Positions 9,323 to 16,819 of a stretch of DNA of 64,000 bases are shown here, in pieces. The stretch spans positions 32,001 through 96,000 of the forward strand of contig CAVSQB010000009.1 in NCBI GenBank assembly GCA_963729895.1, written 5' to 3'. Positions within the stretch are counted from its first letter, which is position 1. Every line of letters begins with the position of its first letter. This stretch comes from an uncultured Fibrobacterota bacterium. GTDB lineage: Bacteria; Fibrobacterota; Chitinivibrionia; Chitinivibrionales; FEN-1185. The notes beneath the pieces were generated by a model that saw only the letters and a list, made by a program, of their open reading frames with translations, was not told the origin of the DNA and ran no database searches. Both the position numbers and the translations under genes were made by a program.

Positions 9323-10578
9323 GACGTTTTCCCTTTGTTAATGCAAGCCCGGTTGAACGCATCCAACGCGGCCGGAAAAGGCTGCAGAACACGCTCGACA
9401 ACTCCCTGGATGAACGAAATGCACAAACCGTAATTCGTAACGGCCACGCCTGCCTCAACGGCCGTACGGATTCGCACCAGTGTTTCCCTTCGTGTCAACA
9501 TGCACGAGCCGCAATGCACCACAAGCTTGTAGTCGGCAAGGTCTGCCGGATAGTCGCGGCCGCAGGACACCTCGAAGGAAAGGTCGGCCCCGGTGTACTG
9601 CCGGAGCCATCGCGGAATTTTCACCCTGCCGATATCGTCCTGAAGCGCATGGTGCGCACAAGCCTCCGCTATAAGCACCCGGTCGCCGTTTGCAAGCGAA
9701 TCGATGGCGGCCAGACCTGCCGCCTGGGCGACAAGATCGCCTTTGCTTCGCGAAAACAAAATGGAAAACGTGGTGCACGGTACGGCAGTCGGCGTGTCCG
9801 CCACCATTTTCATCACCGCCTGGGAATCGCATACGACAATGTCCGGCCTTACCGACAATGTGCCGAGCAGCGACGCATATTCACGCTCTTTGACCACAAT
9901 AACCGCGGCATCGTTGTCCAACGCATCGCGGATGGTCTGCACCTGCGGCAGAATGAGCCGCCCCCGGGGCGCTCCAAGATCGACGGGCACAACCAGCACT
10001 GCGATGCCGCCCGGCGAAACCAGATCGCCCACCAGCGGAAGTTCCTGTGGCTGCGAACCTGCAGCGAGCATGGCAATGTTTTTCTTGAACTCATTGACGC
10101 ACGCGTCCCGTCCGGGCAGGTCAAGGCAGGAGGAAGTCATCACGGCGCCGCCCGCGCGCGCGCACTGCTCCAGAAATTCCGAAGATGCGGCGTTCATGTC
10201 TGCCTTGTTCGCAACGATCAGACATCCTGCGCCGCGTTTCTTCGCCTCCGCGCAGACCGAATCTTCATACCGCGTCCACAGGCCGCCGTCGGTCACAAGC
10301 ACAAACACATCCGCCCGATCAAACACGCCCTGCGTTTTTTTCAGCCGGGCTGCCGAAAGCGCCGATTCATCGTCCACGCCGGCCGTATCAAGGAACACCA
10401 CAGGTCCAACCGTGCCGAGTTCCATGGCCTTTTCCACCACGTCGGTGGTGGTACCGGGGATCGCGCTGGTCACGCTGATATCCTGGCCCGCAAGGTAATT
10501 GAGAAAACTCGACTTCCCCACGTTGGTCCTTCCGAATATCCCGATCTGCAGCCGCATCGATTTTGGAGTTGTTTCCAT
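9319..10578 (-). CDS. hydF: [FeFe]-hydrogenase maturation GTPase HydF
   Basis: GRTNVGKS, GTTTD, DTAG, NKAD; GRLILPQVQ; ACAH...HCGSC cluster motif. Confidence 0.95.
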   Translation of the reverse strand: METTPKSMRLQIGIFGRTNVGKSSFLNYLAGQDISVTSAIPGTTTDVVEKAMELGTVGPVVFLDTAGVDDESALSAARLKKTQGVFDRADVFVLVTDGGLWTRYEDSVCAEAKKRGAGCLIVANKADMNAASSEFLEQCARAGGAVMTSSCLDLPGRDACVNEFKKNIAMLAAGSQPQELPLVGDLVSPGGIAVLVVPVDLGAPRGRLILPQVQTIRDALDNDAAVIVVKEREYASLLGTLSVRPDIVVCDSQAVMKMVADTPTAVPCTTFSILFSRSKGDLVAQAAGLAAIDSLANGDRVLIAEACAHHALQDDIGRVKIPRWLRQYTGADLSFEVSCGRDYPADLADYKLVVHCGSCMLTRRETLVRIRTAVEAGVAVTNYGLCISFIQGVVERVLQPFPAALDAFNRACINKGKTS

Positions 10579-10581
10579 GTG

Positions 10582-11985
10582 TTATACCTTGTTTCCCCTT
10601 GCAGCCGGGCCGGGCATCCGGTGCCCGGGCGCCATGAGACGCTGCGGAGACAGAGCGTCGTCAACAATCGATTTCCCCAATTTCCTTTCGAGAAAACCGC
10701 GGAACGACCTTTCGCCGGATGCGGCAAACTCAGTCACCAGGTTCTGCCCCGCCTCGTAGCCTATTTCCGGCAGAAACGCGGTCACGATAGCAGTGCTCTC
10801 CTCGACATGTTTGCCGCACACATCGGGTCGGGCAACGATGCCGTCAACGTGCCGCGCAAGCATGCGGTCGACTGCAGCGCACACATCCATTGCATCAAGC
10901 AACGCGTGGCCGAGCAGCGGAAGGAATTCGTTGATCTGAAAGGTCCCCATTGCGGCAGTTTCGGTCACCACGGCAACATCGGCCTTTGCCTGAACAGCAG
11001 CGTTAATCGCCGCTTCACACATCACGGGATTTACCTTCCCCGGCATCGCCGACGAACCTGTCTGGACCGCCGGCAGCAGGATCTCGCCGAAATAATGCAG
11101 CAGCCGCAGGTCGCCGGCGATCTTCTGAAGATTGACGGCATGCGCCGCGATCATTCCCGCAACCTCCACGAACATGTCCGCGTTTGCCGTGAGGTCCATG
11201 GCATTTTCCGCCCGCGACAGGCCCAGTCCCGTGGCCTCCCGCAGTTTTTCAATTACCAGAAATAGGTAGTTCGTCGGCGCCGCCAAACCCGTTCCGATGG
11301 CTGTGCCGCCGATCGTAACGACACGCAACCGTTCTTCGCTCTTGAAGGTCCTCCAGCGGTCACGGCCGATTGCTTCGGCAAAGCACGCAAACTGGCTCCC
11401 CAGCGTCATGGGGACCGCGTTCTGCATCTCGGTGCGGCCAATCGTCACGATGCGCGAAAACTCATTCTCCTTCTTCTGAAATGATCCCTGCAGCAACGCC
11501 GCCGCTTCCGATAGTGCGCGAAGCCCGTTGATTGCCGCTACTTTGAGCGCAGTAGGATACACGTCGTTGGTTGATTGATGCAGATTGACGTGGCTGAGGG
11601 GGTGGATCGTTTCGTAATCCCCCTTGGGCTTTCCAATCAATTCCAGGGCGCGGTTGGCCACCACTTCGTTGACATTCATGTTGGTCGACGTGCCGGCCCC
11701 GCCCTGGAGAGCATCCAGCACGAACTGCCCGGCCAGACCGCCGGCGATAATCTCGTCGCAGGCCGCCGCAATCGCGCCCGCCTTCCGCACCTCCAGATAG
11801 CCGAGCTGTGCATTGGCGGCGGCGCACGCCTTCTTGACATTTGCAATTGCCGCGACAAGTCCGGGGTGCACGCGCCGTCCGCCCAGCACGAAGTTCTCGT
11901 GCGCGCGAAGCGTGTGGATTCCCCAATATGCCTCGGCCGGAATTTCGCGTTCGCCGAGAAGATCATGTTCGGTGCGGGTTTTCAT
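10582..11985 (-). CDS. aspA: Aspartate ammonia-lyase (fumarase/aspartase family)
   Basis: QGGAGTSTNMNVNEV, QSTND, GSSAMPGKVNP signature. Confidence 0.9.
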   Translation of the reverse strand: MKTRTEHDLLGEREIPAEAYWGIHTLRAHENFVLGGRRVHPGLVAAIANVKKACAAANAQLGYLEVRKAGAIAAACDEIIAGGLAGQFVLDALQGGAGTSTNMNVNEVVANRALELIGKPKGDYETIHPLSHVNLHQSTNDVYPTALKVAAINGLRALSEAAALLQGSFQKKENEFSRIVTIGRTEMQNAVPMTLGSQFACFAEAIGRDRWRTFKSEERLRVVTIGGTAIGTGLAAPTNYLFLVIEKLREATGLGLSRAENAMDLTANADMFVEVAGMIAAHAVNLQKIAGDLRLLHYFGEILLPAVQTGSSAMPGKVNPVMCEAAINAAVQAKADVAVVTETAAMGTFQINEFLPLLGHALLDAMDVCAAVDRMLARHVDGIVARPDVCGKHVEESTAIVTAFLPEIGYEAGQNLVTEFAASGERSFRGFLERKLGKSIVDDALSPQRLMAPGHRMPGPAARGNKV

Positions 11986-11988
11986 GGC

Positions 11989-12249
11989 CTACTCGATCCC
12001 GTTCTGTTTACCGAGCATCGATTTCACCGAAACACCCGTGAGCGTCCCCAGCTTTCCCGTGAGCGCGCCCACATGGTCGGTGGTTGCGTCCACCACGAGC
12101 ATGATCACGGAATACTGGTCGCGCACATGCGGCACGCCCGTGCGCACGACGATCATGTCGCCGAATGCCGACAGGATCTTGTTGACTTCGTCCGCCCACT
12201 TCTTCCGGTCGTGGATTATTATTCCGACGAATCCGACGCGCTTCTCCAT
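11989..12249 (-). CDS. TM1266-family small ACT-like protein (putative iron-only hydrogenase system regulator)
   Basis: MEKRVGFVGII...VNKILS...RTGVP...GALTGKLGTLTGVSVKS; GGAGG RBS; first gene of maturation operon. Confidence 0.85.
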   Translation of the reverse strand: MEKRVGFVGIIIHDRKKWADEVNKILSAFGDMIVVRTGVPHVRDQYSVIMLVVDATTDHVGALTGKLGTLTGVSVKSMLGKQNGIE

Positions 12250-12277
12250 TGTTCCTCCTTCGTGCGAGACGCCCGAC

Positions 12278-12324
12278 AAAAAAATCCCGCCTCCGGCTCC
12301 CCGTGAAGAGCCGAAATCGGGATT
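12278..12324 (-). terminator. Intrinsic terminator inside the 5' leader of the maturation operon (attenuator)
   Basis: 17-bp stem with one mismatch, G-U pairs valid only on minus strand, ending in a U7 tract about 30 nt before the start codon. Confidence 0.85.
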
Positions 12325-12344
12325 GCTATTTGAAATGGAATTGT

Positions 12345-12453
12345 TCTTTTCACCGGTAACCCTTGGCCTTAGAGCCGTGCTCCGCATCCTCAGGAAATTC
12401 TTGCTTGCGAGGTCTGCGCCTCAGAAGCATCACAGTGGGTTCAATCCAGGTTA
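12345..12453 (-). ncRNA. Candidate riboswitch-like cis-regulatory RNA (unrecognised family)
   Basis: Closing helix UAACCUGG/CCAAGGGUUA, internal helices CUGUG/CACGG, UGCUU/AAGCA, GAGG/CCUC; 3' strand overlaps a potential antiterminator. Confidence 0.55.
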
Positions 12454-12476
12454 TATGTGACTGTTTTCACATATAA
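12451..12476. promoter_or_regulatory. Rex-type operator palindrome TTATATGTGA-CTGTTT-TCACATATAA
   Basis: Perfect 10-bp arms; core resembles Rex consensus TTGTGAA-N4-TTCACAA; adjacent to rex gene. Confidence 0.8.
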
Positions 12477-12506
12477 TGCTTCATGCGCATACATGCATTC
12501 GCTAAT

Positions 12507-12535
12507 AGTATACCACGTTTTTGGCATGAAGTCAA
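12507..12535 (-). promoter_or_regulatory. sigma70 promoter of hydrogenase maturation operon
   Basis: TTGACT-17 bp-TATACT with TG extended -10 on minus strand. Confidence 0.8.
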
Positions 12536-12695
12536 TATTTATTGTGAAATATATGATATTAGTTTCCTGATCAATCGTAGAGCCGTGGCAACCTCCGGCA
12601 TCCTTTCCGCCTGTTAAAGATCCGTAATCACCGGCTTTCACATTTTCCTCTATGATCCGTGGCGCTGCTATTATGTGAAAAGTGTTACGACAAAC

Positions 12696-12724
12696 TTGAC
12701 TGTCACGGTATGTTGACCTATATT
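12696..12724 (+). promoter_or_regulatory. sigma70 promoter of rex
   Basis: TTGACT-17 bp-TATATT; weak Rex-like site ATGTGAAAAGTGTTACGA at 12673-12690 just upstream. Confidence 0.65.
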
Positions 12725-12769
12725 ACATCGGAATGAGAATTCAGCAACTTTTGTGAGAAGGGGAACATA

Positions 12770-13399
12770 ATGATCAGCAACAAAAACTGCATTATTCGCC
12801 TCTCCCGCTACAAGAATGCCCTTGTCCGTTTCAAGACTCTGGGGTTCATCAAGATCTTTTCGGAGTATCTCGCCGATGCGGTGGGCGGAACTTCCGCCCA
12901 GGTACGCAAAGACTTTTCTCTCTTCGGAATTTCGGGAAACAAGCGCGGCGGGTACCAGATCGATGCGCTTATCGCGAAACTCAACGACATTCTTGGAAAA
13001 AACGAGATCCAGAAGGTGGTGCTTGTGGGAGCGGGCCAGCTCGGATCGGCCCTTATCCGGTACAACAGTTTTGAAAAGGAGGGCATCAAAATTGTCACGG
13101 CATTCGACATCGATCCAGCGAAGATCAATGCCAAGGGTCCCACGCCGATTCTGGGTATTGACGAAATGGCAAAGTACGTTCAGAAGAACGGCATCCGCAT
13201 CGCCATACTCACGGTTCCGGACGTTGCGGCCCAGCAGACCCTCGACATGCTTGTCAAAGCCGGAATAAAAGGCGTACTCAACTTTGCGCCCATTGAGCTG
13301 AAGGGTACCAGCGATTGCATCATCAACAACGTGAACCTTGCCGTGGAACTGGAGAATCTCATCTACTTTGTGAACGTGAGCGCCAAGGCTTCGGCATAG
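12770..13399 (+). CDS. rex: Redox-sensing transcriptional repressor Rex
   Basis: RLSRY, SAQVRKDFSLFG..G..GY winged HTH, VGAGQLGSAL Rossmann, GVLNFAP. Confidence 0.96.
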   Translation: MISNKNCIIRLSRYKNALVRFKTLGFIKIFSEYLADAVGGTSAQVRKDFSLFGISGNKRGGYQIDALIAKLNDILGKNEIQKVVLVGAGQLGSALIRYNSFEKEGIKIVTAFDIDPAKINAKGPTPILGIDEMAKYVQKNGIRIAILTVPDVAAQQTLDMLVKAGIKGVLNFAPIELKGTSDCIINNVNLAVELENLIYFVNVSAKASA

Positions 13400-13466
13400 G
13401 GACATTCCATCCTGTCCATCCGCTCTTTTCGTCCGCAATGGGGAATGCCGCACCACCAAAGGCCAC

Positions 13467-14315
13467 TTAGAGGCCTTTATCCTCAATTTCCTTGATCTGC
13501 GCATAGCTGAACACGGGCCCGTCCTTGCAGACGTATTTGCTTCCCATGTTGCACCTGCCGCATTTGCCGATGCCGCAACTCATCTTCCGTTCCTGGGACG
13601 TGATGATGGTCTCCGGCGAAAAACCGAGCGTCAGCAACGGCGGGATGGTGAATTTGAGCATGATGGGCGGTCCGCACACAATGCAGGAGGCATTTGCGGA
13701 TGATGGGGCGACCTGGCTCACCACCGCAGGGACAAAACCTTCGCGGCCTTTCCACGATGCGTCGCCTTTGTCGACGGTAATGTGGGTCTGAACATCTTTG
13801 CGCTGCTGCCATTGCCGGAGCTCCGGTTTGTACAGGAGCTCGCCCGGGCTGCGCGCGCCGTAGATAACGGTGATGGCGCCGAACTGCGTGCGAACGGAAT
13901 CATCCAGCAAATAACGGATGGTCGCCCGCAGCGTGGTGAAGGCAAATCCGCCGCCGACGATCACGACGTTCTTTCCGGTCAGGTCTTTGAGCGGAAAGCT
14001 GTTTCCCATCGGGCCGCGCAGGCCGACGATGTCGCCCTCCGACAGGTCGTGCAGGGCATTTGTCACCACGCCGGTCGGGTAGCGTTTTACCGTGAATTCA
14101 ACATACCCTTTGTCAAGTGGTGACGAGGCTATTCCTATGGGGATTTCGCCCGCGCCGGGCACCGACAGCATGGCAAACTGGCCGCACTCGTGGCTGAAGC
14201 CGTTGCCGTTGCAGAAAACAAGGCGGAACGTCTTAAGGTCTTTTTCGTCGTTTTCAACGACTATTGTCTCGATGCGCGCCTGCACCGGGACATAGGGATT
14301 GCCGCTCGTGCTCAT
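13467..14315 (-). CDS. flxA: FlxA/AsrB-like FAD/NAD-binding oxidoreductase with 2Fe-2S
   Basis: GQFAMLS..GEIPI, RGPMGN, GGGFAF, CGPPIM, MSCGIGKCGRC...VCKDGPVF. Confidence 0.88.
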   Translation of the reverse strand: MSTSGNPYVPVQARIETIVVENDEKDLKTFRLVFCNGNGFSHECGQFAMLSVPGAGEIPIGIASSPLDKGYVEFTVKRYPTGVVTNALHDLSEGDIVGLRGPMGNSFPLKDLTGKNVVIVGGGFAFTTLRATIRYLLDDSVRTQFGAITVIYGARSPGELLYKPELRQWQQRKDVQTHITVDKGDASWKGREGFVPAVVSQVAPSSANASCIVCGPPIMLKFTIPPLLTLGFSPETIITSQERKMSCGIGKCGRCNMGSKYVCKDGPVFSYAQIKEIEDKGL

Positions 14316-15319
14316 GAATTCACCTTGGCTATGGTCTCTCTTATGTCAATATTGCTGGGGCAGTGCTCCACGCAGCGGCCGCACCCGACGCAAAACACGG
14401 CGCCGAAGTTCTCGGGAGCATACGAGAACTTGTGCATCACCCGCTGGCGCATGCGCTCGCCTTTTCTTGCACGCGGGTTATGGCCCGAGGCCTCGCGCGT
14501 AAACGAAGGGAACATGCACGCGTCGTGCAGCCGGATTCGCGCACTCGCGCTCCCCCGCTTTTCCTCGTACAAATCGAAACAATGACAGGTTGGGCACAAG
14601 AAGGTGCATGCGCCGCAGCTCAGGCACGTCTCGGCGAGCTCCTCCCAGAACCGGGAGTCGTTTCTCTTCTCCAAAGCTTTGGGGGCACCGCTCACGGCGA
14701 CTGTGGAAATCCGTTTGGCAGATTCCGACTCCTGCCTCTTCTTGTTCTGCAATTCATGCGCCGTCGGCGCACGGAATAAAGCGCTGTTCTTCTTGAGAAA
14801 GGCCTCGCCCTTTTTCGTTACCGGCTCAAACAGAAGCGACGCGGCCTGGCCGGCCGCCGCAATATCCGCCCCCGCTGTTGCGGACGGGCCGCAGCCCGTG
14901 GACATGCAGAAGCATGCCTCGCCGGGTTCGCTGCAGGCGAGGGAAATCACCAGCGCACTGTCCCTTCTGGCCTGATAATACGGATCCGTGTACGCGGCGT
15001 CGCTAAACACTTTGTCAAGGTACGCAAGCGCCTGCCCGTCGCAGGGACGCACACCGAAAATCACGCTTGCCTGGCCGCGGACCGGTTCTTCGGAGACCTT
15101 TGTACCGTCGAATCTGGTGATCACTTCGCATTGCGGAAAAAATTCCCGCTTCGGAGGCAGCTTGAAATTGGCGTAGTCCAGCACGATGTCGCTCTTCGCA
15201 GACAACTCGCCCAATACCGTTCCGTTTTCGGTGGCCACCGGCCCCAAGGCCTTGCCCTGCTTGAGCATGGCCCCGACGAATTTCTTGAGGTTCTTCTTGT
15301 CCAGCGCAACGGAAACCAC
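14312..15319 (-). CDS. flxB: FlxB/AsrA-like 4Fe-4S dicluster protein
   Basis: FGVRPCD, CLSCGACTFLCPTCHCF, CVGCGRCVEHCP; GTG start 15319 next to upstream stop. Confidence 0.85.
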   Translation of the reverse strand: MVSVALDKKNLKKFVGAMLKQGKALGPVATENGTVLGELSAKSDIVLDYANFKLPPKREFFPQCEVITRFDGTKVSEEPVRGQASVIFGVRPCDGQALAYLDKVFSDAAYTDPYYQARRDSALVISLACSEPGEACFCMSTGCGPSATAGADIAAAGQAASLLFEPVTKKGEAFLKKNSALFRAPTAHELQNKKRQESESAKRISTVAVSGAPKALEKRNDSRFWEELAETCLSCGACTFLCPTCHCFDLYEEKRGSASARIRLHDACMFPSFTREASGHNPRARKGERMRQRVMHKFSYAPENFGAVFCVGCGRCVEHCPSNIDIRETIAKVNS

Positions 15320-15320
15320 T

Positions 15321-16235
15321 CTATTTTTCCTCCGGATCGGTAATGAAACACTGGCTGTCGTCCTGTGCGAACGTGTTGAGCATAGGCACCTCGTCACCGG
15401 CCGTTCCCGGCACGCTGCCGAACAGCTCCTGCGCATCGCACACAAGTTTCTGGGTGAACCGGCGCAGGTCTATTCCCATGGGACAGGCATTGACGCATGC
15501 GTCGCATGCAACGCAGCGGCCGGCCTGATGGAACATTCTCCCCATGTGGAACACGATGGTTTCAGAAAGCTCGTTGGCCGGAGACACCCACGACGGCTTT
15601 CTCTGGTCCGCAAAGCATGTTTTGCAATAGCAGTTCGGGCACGCCTCGCGGCATGCGTTGCACCGGATGCACTTTGAGATTTCTTTGACAAAGGCCTTCC
15701 ACCGCTCTTCCGAAGACTTTCGCGCGAACGCCTTGACGCGCTCATATCCCGGCTTTGCCGGCTTCCGGCTTTCACCGGCTATGGTTATATCAGCATTCGT
15801 AACCGTCGGGCTCACGCATTCCTGGCAGGCGCGGGCGACTTCTTCCTTCTTGGGCTTTGCGCCTTTGTTCGAGGCAGCCATTCCGCTGCACGGCATGCCG
15901 ATAACAATGAGATTCGCCTTGGGCACCTGGTTTTCCTTCACAAGACCGGAAACCGACCGGCTGTCGCAGCCCTTGGCGATAATTGCTATGTGCGGGGGTT
16001 TGTACCCGTCTTTGGGTCGTGCCGGTTTTTCAAAAAGGCTTGGCAGGAATGCGGCCAGATTCGCCGTGCAGAAGCCGTTCCAGACAAGATGCTCCACGTC
16101 CGCCGCGCTGCGGGCAAAATACGGGCGCGATGAATTGGGAAGGGACCCTCTTCTGAAGCCCACGACCACGTCCACCTTCTTGTCGTCGAACAGCCTCTTC
16201 GCCGCCGCTTTCATCTTTCTTTCTTGGTCCTGCAT
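15321..16235 (-). CDS. flxC: FlxC-like 4Fe-4S dicluster protein
   Basis: AKGCDSR, CIRCNACREACPNCYC, GRCVACDACVNACP. Confidence 0.85.
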   Translation of the reverse strand: MQDQERKMKAAAKRLFDDKKVDVVVGFRRGSLPNSSRPYFARSAADVEHLVWNGFCTANLAAFLPSLFEKPARPKDGYKPPHIAIIAKGCDSRSVSGLVKENQVPKANLIVIGMPCSGMAASNKGAKPKKEEVARACQECVSPTVTNADITIAGESRKPAKPGYERVKAFARKSSEERWKAFVKEISKCIRCNACREACPNCYCKTCFADQRKPSWVSPANELSETIVFHMGRMFHQAGRCVACDACVNACPMGIDLRRFTQKLVCDAQELFGSVPGTAGDEVPMLNTFAQDDSQCFITDPEEK

Positions 16236-16265
16236 CCTTACTTCTCTCTTGCTGTCAATGTTACG

Positions 16266-16718
16266 TTAACAAGCGTTCGCTGCGGCTCTTTCTTTCCTGG
16301 CTATCTTCTTTGATGTCGTAAGGCTGCGAACGTCGTTCACCACCTTTTCGATGAGCGAAGCAAAACGCCCGCCTTCCGAGGCCGACACCCATGAAAACTG
16401 CACCCGTTCCGGCTCGATCCCCAGATATTCCAGAAAGCTCTTGAGCATGGCGAATTTACGACGCGCGACCAGGTTCCCGGAAATGTAATGACAGTCTCCC
16501 GGATGACAACCCGAAACAAGAACGCCGTCGGCCCCTTCCTGGAGCGCCTTGATAATGTAAAGAGGATCAACCCGGCCCGAACACGGTACGCGGATCACAC
16601 GCACGTTCGCCGGATACTGCAGCCTGCTCACGCCGGCAAGGTCCGCCCCGGCATAGGAGCACCAGTTGCACAAAAAGGCGACAATGGTCGGTTCTCGAAT
16701 TTCCGTTGATTTAGTCAA
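16266..16718 (-). CDS. flxD: MvhD/FlxD-like 2Fe-2S subunit
   Basis: FLCNWCSYAGAD, VPCSGRV, GCHPGDCHY, WVSASEG; TTG start. Confidence 0.9.
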   Translation of the reverse strand: MTKSTEIREPTIVAFLCNWCSYAGADLAGVSRLQYPANVRVIRVPCSGRVDPLYIIKALQEGADGVLVSGCHPGDCHYISGNLVARRKFAMLKSFLEYLGIEPERVQFSWVSASEGGRFASLIEKVVNDVRSLTTSKKIARKERAAANAC

Positions 16719-16740
16719 TTACTCTCTCCTCAAAAAGGCT

Positions 16741-16812
16741 TCACCACGGAGACAAACATCCAACACGATTTTGCTCTTCTTCTTCTCTGCGTTCTCCGTG
16801 CCTCCGTGGTGA
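16741..16812. repeat. Palindromic intergenic repeat (TCACCACGGAG...CTCCGTGGTGA)
   Basis: 11-bp perfect terminal inverted repeat; 9-bp periodic right arm. Confidence 0.75.
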
Positions 16813-16819
16813 TTTTACT

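Noticed and set aside
12345..12366. AAGGGTTACCG resembling a T-box antiterminator (attractive because HydG uses tyrosine)
   Set aside because: Lacks the essential UGGN bulge, and no Stem I with AG/GA motifs is evident.
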